DNA from: Alphaproteobacteria bacterium | Lineage (GTDB): Bacteria > Pseudomonadota > Alphaproteobacteria > UBA828 | Assembly (NCBI GenBank): GCA_965220745.1 | Contig: CBDCQT010000011.1 | Coordinates: 32,001 to 96,000, forward strand | DNA: 64,000 nt | Direction: 5' to 3' | Part shown: positions 58,936-64,000 of the stretch, piece after piece | Layout: every line of letters begins with the position of its first letter | Position numbering within the stretch: position 1 is the stretch's first letter | Made by a program: the position numbers and the translations under genes | The notes under the pieces: generated by a model | Databases searched by the model: none | What the model saw: the letters and a program-made list of their open reading frames with translations, nothing else | Told to the model about the DNA's origin: nothing

Positions 58936-60285
58936 ATGGCCATCGGCAACTCTGTCAAGGAGACCGAGCGCTATCTCAATGTGATCGAGCGCTTCAATCC
59001 GGAAATCAATGCGGTCCTCACCAAGACCCCGGAAATGGCGCTCGAAATGGCCCACAAGGCCGACAAGGCGGCCGATGAAGGCGAGTGGCTCGGGCTCCTG
59101 CACGGCGTGCCGATGCTGGTCAAAGACTGCCTCAACGTCGCTGGCACCCGGACCACGTTCGGCTCCGGAATGTATCGGGACAACATCGCCAACTCGGATT
59201 CCGAAGTCGTCCGACGGATCCGGAATTCGGGCCCGGTGTTTCTCGGCAAGACCAATCTGCCCGAGTTCTGCTACGGCGCGACGACCCACAACGTTCACTA
59301 CGGCAACTGCCTGAATCCCTGGGATACGACGCGGATACCCGGCGGTTCGAGCGGAGGCACCGCGGCGGCACTGGCATCTGGCATGTGCCGCATTGCGTTC
59401 GGATCCGACACCGGCGGCTCGGTCCGGGGGCCGTCCGCCCTCTGCGGCATCTCGGGCATTCGTCCGACCGTCGGCCGCATCCCCAACACCAACGCTCTGG
59501 CGCTCACGATCCACGCCGACACGATCGGCATGATGGCGCGGACCGTGCCGGACGTCGCGCGAGGCTTTGCCACGATCGCCGGTCACGACCCAGAAGACTC
59601 ACTGAGCGAAGACGTGCCCCTCGAAAACTTTTTGCCGACGCTGCGGGACGGCATTGAGAACACCAGGGTCGGGATCCCCACCTCCTTCTACTTCGAGAAT
59701 TGCCAACCGGACGTCGTTGCGCGCGTCATGGAGGCCTCGAAAGTCATCGAAGCCTGCGGAGCCAAGCTGGTGGATATCGACATCGAGGGCGCCGAAGAGG
59801 CGCGGGTCGCCGCGGGCCCCACCATATTGGCGATCGACATGGCGGACATGCACCGCGACGGCCTGAAGAACTACCCGGAGGAATACGGCGATGAGGTCTT
59901 GAGGCGCCTGCGCGCCGGCGAGCCGTTCAAGGGAACAGATTACGCAAACGCGCTGAGAATTCTGATCCGGTGGAAGCATCAGTTCAAACGCATCTTCCAA
60001 GAGGTTGACATGCTGCTGACGCCGACGACGCCGATCGTTGCGCCGAAGTGGACGGACGCGGAGGACCTGCAGAAATCGACCCACTCCATTCTGCGCAACT
60101 GTTTTGGCTTCAGTTACGCGGGCGTGCCCTGCCTCAGCGTTCCCGTCGGTCTCGATTCTCAAGGCATGCCGGTCGGCATGCAGCTAGCGGCGAAATGGTT
60201 CCAGGAGCCGCTGCTGTTCCGCGCTGGCGCCGCTTACCAGGAGCGCACCGAGTTTCACAAATTGAGGCCTAAGCTTTCGGCCTAG
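58936..60285 (+). CDS. Amidase (amidase signature family)
   Basis: LHGVP..VKD, GKTNLPEF, PGGSSGG, GSDTGGSVRGP. Confidence 0.92.
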   Translation: MAIGNSVKETERYLNVIERFNPEINAVLTKTPEMALEMAHKADKAADEGEWLGLLHGVPMLVKDCLNVAGTRTTFGSGMYRDNIANSDSEVVRRIRNSGPVFLGKTNLPEFCYGATTHNVHYGNCLNPWDTTRIPGGSSGGTAAALASGMCRIAFGSDTGGSVRGPSALCGISGIRPTVGRIPNTNALALTIHADTIGMMARTVPDVARGFATIAGHDPEDSLSEDVPLENFLPTLRDGIENTRVGIPTSFYFENCQPDVVARVMEASKVIEACGAKLVDIDIEGAEEARVAAGPTILAIDMADMHRDGLKNYPEEYGDEVLRRLRAGEPFKGTDYANALRILIRWKHQFKRIFQEVDMLLTPTTPIVAPKWTDAEDLQKSTHSILRNCFGFSYAGVPCLSVPVGLDSQGMPVGMQLAAKWFQEPLLFRAGAAYQERTEFHKLRPKLSA

Positions 60286-60312
60286 AGCGCGTCCGTTGCA
60301 GATGGACGCGGG

Positions 60313-61227
60313 CTAAAGCCCCGCTTCCCCACCCACCGTCTTGTTCGATCCAAACGGCACGCGCCTGCGAAAGTCCGCAGCCATCTCCGCGTGAGTGACC
60401 ATCCTGGCACCCTGATGCCTCAGAATATGGTCGACGAGGCGCTCCAGCGCCAACATGACGTGGGGCTTCGACGCGGCGTCGGGATGCATCCCTAATGGGT
60501 ACACGGCGTAGTCGTGATTGCGGTAAATCCAGTCGAAGAAGTCGATCCAGATTTGGCCGATCTGTTGACCCGTGACCCAACCGTGGCTGTTGGGCGCGGT
60601 CTTCACGAACATTGTGGGCGGGGCATCGTCCAGGTGCCAGCTGAGGGGAATTTCGACGATGTCGACTTCCTTCCCCGGCACCCACGGCTTCATCCAGTCC
60701 GCGGCATCTCTCGTATAGTCGATCTTCGTCCAGCTATCTCCCGTCCTCAAGTAGTACGGAAAGCAGTCCTCCTCCATCATGCTGTACTCGTGTGAAAAGC
60801 CGCGCTCGAGCAGCAAATCCACGGTGATGGAGGAGAATTCGGCCCACGGTGTCGCATAGCCTCTTGGCCTTTGGCCGGTCAACGCCTGGCAGAGCTCGAT
60901 ACTCTTGTCGAGAACATCCCTCTCCTGCTGGGCACTCATCGCGATCGGGTTCTCGTGGGAATAGCCGTGGACGCCGATTTCGTGGCCGTCCTTCGCGATC
61001 ATTTCGGCCGCTTTGGGGAAGCTCTCCATTGAGTGCCCGGTAATGTGCCAGGTCGTCGTGATGTCGTAGCGGCGGAAGAATTCCAGCAGGCGGGGGACGC
61101 CGCGCTTCGCCGCGAAGACGCCGCGAGAAATATCGCAGGGTGAATCGGCGCCGCCGAACGAGCCGAGCCAGAGGGACACGGCGTCGAAGTGCGGATTGAA
61201 GCAAACCTGGATGTCCTTTTCTGCCAT
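60313..61227 (-). CDS. Polysaccharide deacetylase family (HpPgdA/PuuE-like), copy 2
   Basis: WLGSFGG.DSP.DISRG, HEIGVHGYSHENP, LDDAPP.MFVK..PNSHGW, HPD. Confidence 0.9.
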   Translation of the reverse strand: MAEKDIQVCFNPHFDAVSLWLGSFGGADSPCDISRGVFAAKRGVPRLLEFFRRYDITTTWHITGHSMESFPKAAEMIAKDGHEIGVHGYSHENPIAMSAQQERDVLDKSIELCQALTGQRPRGYATPWAEFSSITVDLLLERGFSHEYSMMEEDCFPYYLRTGDSWTKIDYTRDAADWMKPWVPGKEVDIVEIPLSWHLDDAPPTMFVKTAPNSHGWVTGQQIGQIWIDFFDWIYRNHDYAVYPLGMHPDAASKPHVMLALERLVDHILRHQGARMVTHAEMAADFRRRVPFGSNKTVGGEAGL

Positions 61228-61309
61228 CTTGCTGTCCTCCCGAAGCACCCCACGGATTGAACCGGCCGGCCAGCGCCACGCGGATCACGATTCTGGTGAG
61301 CACTCCATG

Positions 61310-62224
61310 CTACAGCCCGGCTTCCCCGCCGACCGTGTTGCTTGATCCGAACGGCACGCGCTTGCGAAAGTCCGCAGCCATCTCCGCGTGGGTGACCATC
61401 CTGACGCCCTGATGTCTCAGGATGTGGTCGACCAGCCGCTCCATCGCCAACATGACGTGAGGCTTGGCCGCGGCGTCGGGATGGAGCGCCAGGGGATAAA
61501 TCGCGTAGTCGTGGTTGCGGTAAATCCAGTCGAAGTAGTCGAGCCAGATCTGGCCGATCTCCTGCCCCGTGATCCAGCCGTGGCTGTTGGGCGCGGTCTT
61601 CACGAACATCGTGGGCGGTGCATCGTCCAGATGCCAACTGAGGGGAATTTCGACAATGTCGACTTCCTTCCCCGGCACCCAGGGCTTCATCCAGTCCGCG
61701 GCATCTCTCGTATAGTCGATCTTGGTCCAGCTATCTCCGGTCCGCAGGTAATACGGAAAACAGTCTTCCTCCATCATGCTGAACTCGTGTGAAAAGCCGC
61801 ATTCCAGCAGCAAGTCCACGGTGATGGGGGTGAATTCCGCCCACGGTGTCGCATAGCCCCTTGGCCTTTCGCCGGTCAACGCCTGGCAAAGCTCGATGCT
61901 CTTTTCGAGAACGTCCCTCTCCTGCTGGGGGCTCATGGCGAGCGGGTTTTCATGGGAGTAGCCGTGCACGCCGATCTCGTGGCCGTCCTTCGCGATCATC
62001 TCGGCTGCTTTCGGGAAGCTCTCGATCGAGTGCCCGGTGATGTGCCAAGTCGTCGTGATGCCGTAGCGCCGGAAGAAGTCCAGCAGACGGGGGACACCGC
62101 GCTTCGCCGCAAAGACGCCGCGCGAAATGTCGCAGGGCGAATCAGCGCCGCCGAACGAGCCAAGCCAAAGGGATACGGCGTCGAAGTGGGGGTTGAAGCA
62201 AACCTGGATGTCTTTTTCTGCCAT
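61310..62224 (-). CDS. Polysaccharide deacetylase family (HpPgdA/PuuE-like), copy 1
   Basis: Same motifs; near-identical tandem paralog of 60313-61227. Confidence 0.9.
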   Translation of the reverse strand: MAEKDIQVCFNPHFDAVSLWLGSFGGADSPCDISRGVFAAKRGVPRLLDFFRRYGITTTWHITGHSIESFPKAAEMIAKDGHEIGVHGYSHENPLAMSPQQERDVLEKSIELCQALTGERPRGYATPWAEFTPITVDLLLECGFSHEFSMMEEDCFPYYLRTGDSWTKIDYTRDAADWMKPWVPGKEVDIVEIPLSWHLDDAPPTMFVKTAPNSHGWITGQEIGQIWLDYFDWIYRNHDYAIYPLALHPDAAAKPHVMLAMERLVDHILRHQGVRMVTHAEMAADFRKRVPFGSSNTVGGEAGL

Positions 62225-62245
62225 CTTTCAGTTCTCCTTTGGCGA

Positions 62246-63271
62246 TCATTCGCCGGCCGCTGTCTGCCCGTCGTCGCCGGCGCGCCGGGTACGCCAGATG
62301 CGTCGGCGCACGTTGAGTCCGCCGGTTCTGCTCAGCTGGGCGAGCGACACGGCAATGATGAGTGCGCCGCCGTAAAAGAAGCTCTGCACAAACGTGGGCA
62401 GTCCGAGGATGGCGAGCCCCGTTATGCCGGTGACGAGAAAGTACACGGAGAGGAAGGCGCCCCACGGATTGAACTGACCGGGCATGATCGTGGTGGAGCC
62501 GAGAAAGGCCGCCGCAAAGGCCGGCAGCAGCATCGTGAGCGCCGACGTGGGATCGACGCCCCCGGCCGCGCCCGCGTACATGATGCCCGCAACGGCGGCC
62601 AACACGCTGCAAGACACGAACGACAGCGTCCGAACCCGCCCGACCGCAATGCCATTGAGTTTGGAGACTTCTCTCGATTTACCCACAAACAAATGCTGGC
62701 GCCCAATGGGCGTAAATTCGAAGACGAGCCAGACAACCAAACAAATTCCGACCGCAATGTAGAAGCTGAACGGAAGGCCGCCGATGTCGCGATTTGTTAT
62801 CAGGACCACCAGCCAGTCGGACAAACCGGTATAGGAGTTCGAATTACTGATCCATAAGACAATGCCGGCTAATATGGTCCCCATGCCCAGCGTCATGATG
62901 AAGCTGTCGATGCCGACGAGGATGCAGAAGAAAGCGTTGACCAGTCCCACCGTGATTGCCATGCCAATGGCAATCCCGATCGCCGGCCCGATATCCATGC
63001 CGTACCTGATGTTAAGAACACCGACGATATTGCTCGACAGTGTCATCACGGCGGCCACCGACAGGTCATAGTCGCCGCCCCTGAGCGTGACCACCGTCGC
63101 GATGGTGAGCACAACAATCGGCGCCGCAGAAGCCAGAATCGAGGTCATCGTTCTCGGAACGAGGAACGCGTTGGGGGCCATCGCACCGAAAAATATGATG
63201 ATCGCGATGAAGCACAGCGGCACGGAGAGCCGCCGCAGGAGTTGACCGTAATCGAGACGCGTCAGCTCCAC
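62246..63271 (-). CDS. Monosaccharide-type (RbsC-like) ABC transporter permease
   Basis: G.YDLSV, SFIMTLGM, T..GR....VG...E...L.GI, AAAFLGST. Confidence 0.9.
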   Translation of the reverse strand: MELTRLDYGQLLRRLSVPLCFIAIIIFFGAMAPNAFLVPRTMTSILASAAPIVVLTIATVVTLRGGDYDLSVAAVMTLSSNIVGVLNIRYGMDIGPAIGIAIGMAITVGLVNAFFCILVGIDSFIMTLGMGTILAGIVLWISNSNSYTGLSDWLVVLITNRDIGGLPFSFYIAVGICLVVWLVFEFTPIGRQHLFVGKSREVSKLNGIAVGRVRTLSFVSCSVLAAVAGIMYAGAAGGVDPTSALTMLLPAFAAAFLGSTTIMPGQFNPWGAFLSVYFLVTGITGLAILGLPTFVQSFFYGGALIIAVSLAQLSRTGGLNVRRRIWRTRRAGDDGQTAAGE

Positions 63272-63311
63272 AGTCGCACCATCGGACGCAGGGTGGCTTG
63301 GCCTGCCACGC

Positions 63312-64000
63312 TCAAACCCTCGCTTCGACCGGCCGGTTCATCGAGGCCAGGCGCGAGCCCCATTCATAGCAGGCCTCGCCGATGGAGCGCTTGTTGACTT
63401 CTGCTCCGCTCAGCTCGGCCTGTATGAAGCCTCCACCGAAGACGAGTACCCGGTCGCAGATTTCGGCCAACTGTTCCCAATCCGAGCTCGCAATGAGGAC
63501 GGTGCCGCCTGCCCTCGCGAACTGGTCGAGCAGTTCCAGAATGTCCTCGTGGGCCGCGATGTCGACCGCCTGCGTCGGCTCATCGAGCAGGAGCACGCGC
63601 TTCCCCGCCGCGAGCCACTTTGCGACCAGCACCTTCTGGCGGTTGCCGCCGCTCAGCGTCTTGAGCAAGGCGTTCATAGCCGGCGTGATGATGCCGTACC
63701 GAGCAACCGTGTCCCGGGCCGCCGCGCCGAGCTTCGGCCGCGAGACCCACGGATTGAGGCCTGCGCGCGGCTTGAGAAGCTGGACCGTGAGATTGTCCGT
63801 TACCGAGAGCTCGAGCGCCACGCCGGCCTTGTCTCGCTCGAGGGGCACCAGGCCCACCCCCATCCTGACCGCGTTCTCGGGGCTATGGCGCTTGAGATTG
63901 GCACTTTCGCCTTCGACGCTGATCTCGCCGGATGCGTTCTCCTTGAGCCCGAAGAGCGCTTGATTGACATCGGCGTAGCCAGAGCCGACGAGCCCGGCGA
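63312..64000 (-). CDS. Sugar-type ABC transporter ATP-binding protein (C-terminal part; runs off window)
   Basis: LSGGNRQKVLVAKWL, LLLDEPTQAVD, ASSD.E.L...CDRVLV. Confidence 0.88.
   Translation of the reverse strand, partial: AGLVGSGYADVNQALFGLKENASGEISVEGESANLKRHSPENAVRMGVGLVPLERDKAGVALELSVTDNLTVQLLKPRAGLNPWVSRPKLGAAARDTVARYGIITPAMNALLKTLSGGNRQKVLVAKWLAAGKRVLLLDEPTQAVDIAAHEDILELLDQFARAGGTVLIASSDWEQLAEICDRVLVFGGGFIQAELSGAEVNKRSIGEACYEWGSRLASMNRPVEARV

Overview
High-GC bacterial window, most likely alphaproteobacterial (Rhodospirillales-like, inferred from the murA-DUF2948-hisG-hisD-UPF0262-LMWPTP-maf-rng-tRNA-Phe synteny). It holds a core block (8-23 kb: tRNA-Phe, rng, maf, hisD, hisG, murA, soxBDAG, metY) and many accessory catabolic genes. 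These include three amidases, two isochorismatases, a cyclase with a COG0523 chaperone, an orphan Prm-type amidohydrolase/DUF59 pair, LLM and HpaB-type oxygenases with a variant enamidase, an OYE/FAD oxidoreductase facing a divergent LarA-family enzyme plus a CxxC partner, a halohydrin dehalogenase, a Rieske oxygenase and a tandem-duplicated deacetylase. There are two toxin-antitoxin pairs (Panacea plus an unknown MazF-like protein; Phd-VapC) and a lower-GC glycan island (methyltransferase, wzm/wzt, large GT, rfbCBDA with rfbD frameshifted, GT2). The most striking non-coding signals are a ~250-nt tRNA-shelled structured RNA candidate at 45057-45306, a helically phased 7-mer array at 5589-5799, and a 22-bp palindromic motif repeated on both sides of a LuxR regulator. 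All calls come from motif recognition by eye; no searches were run.
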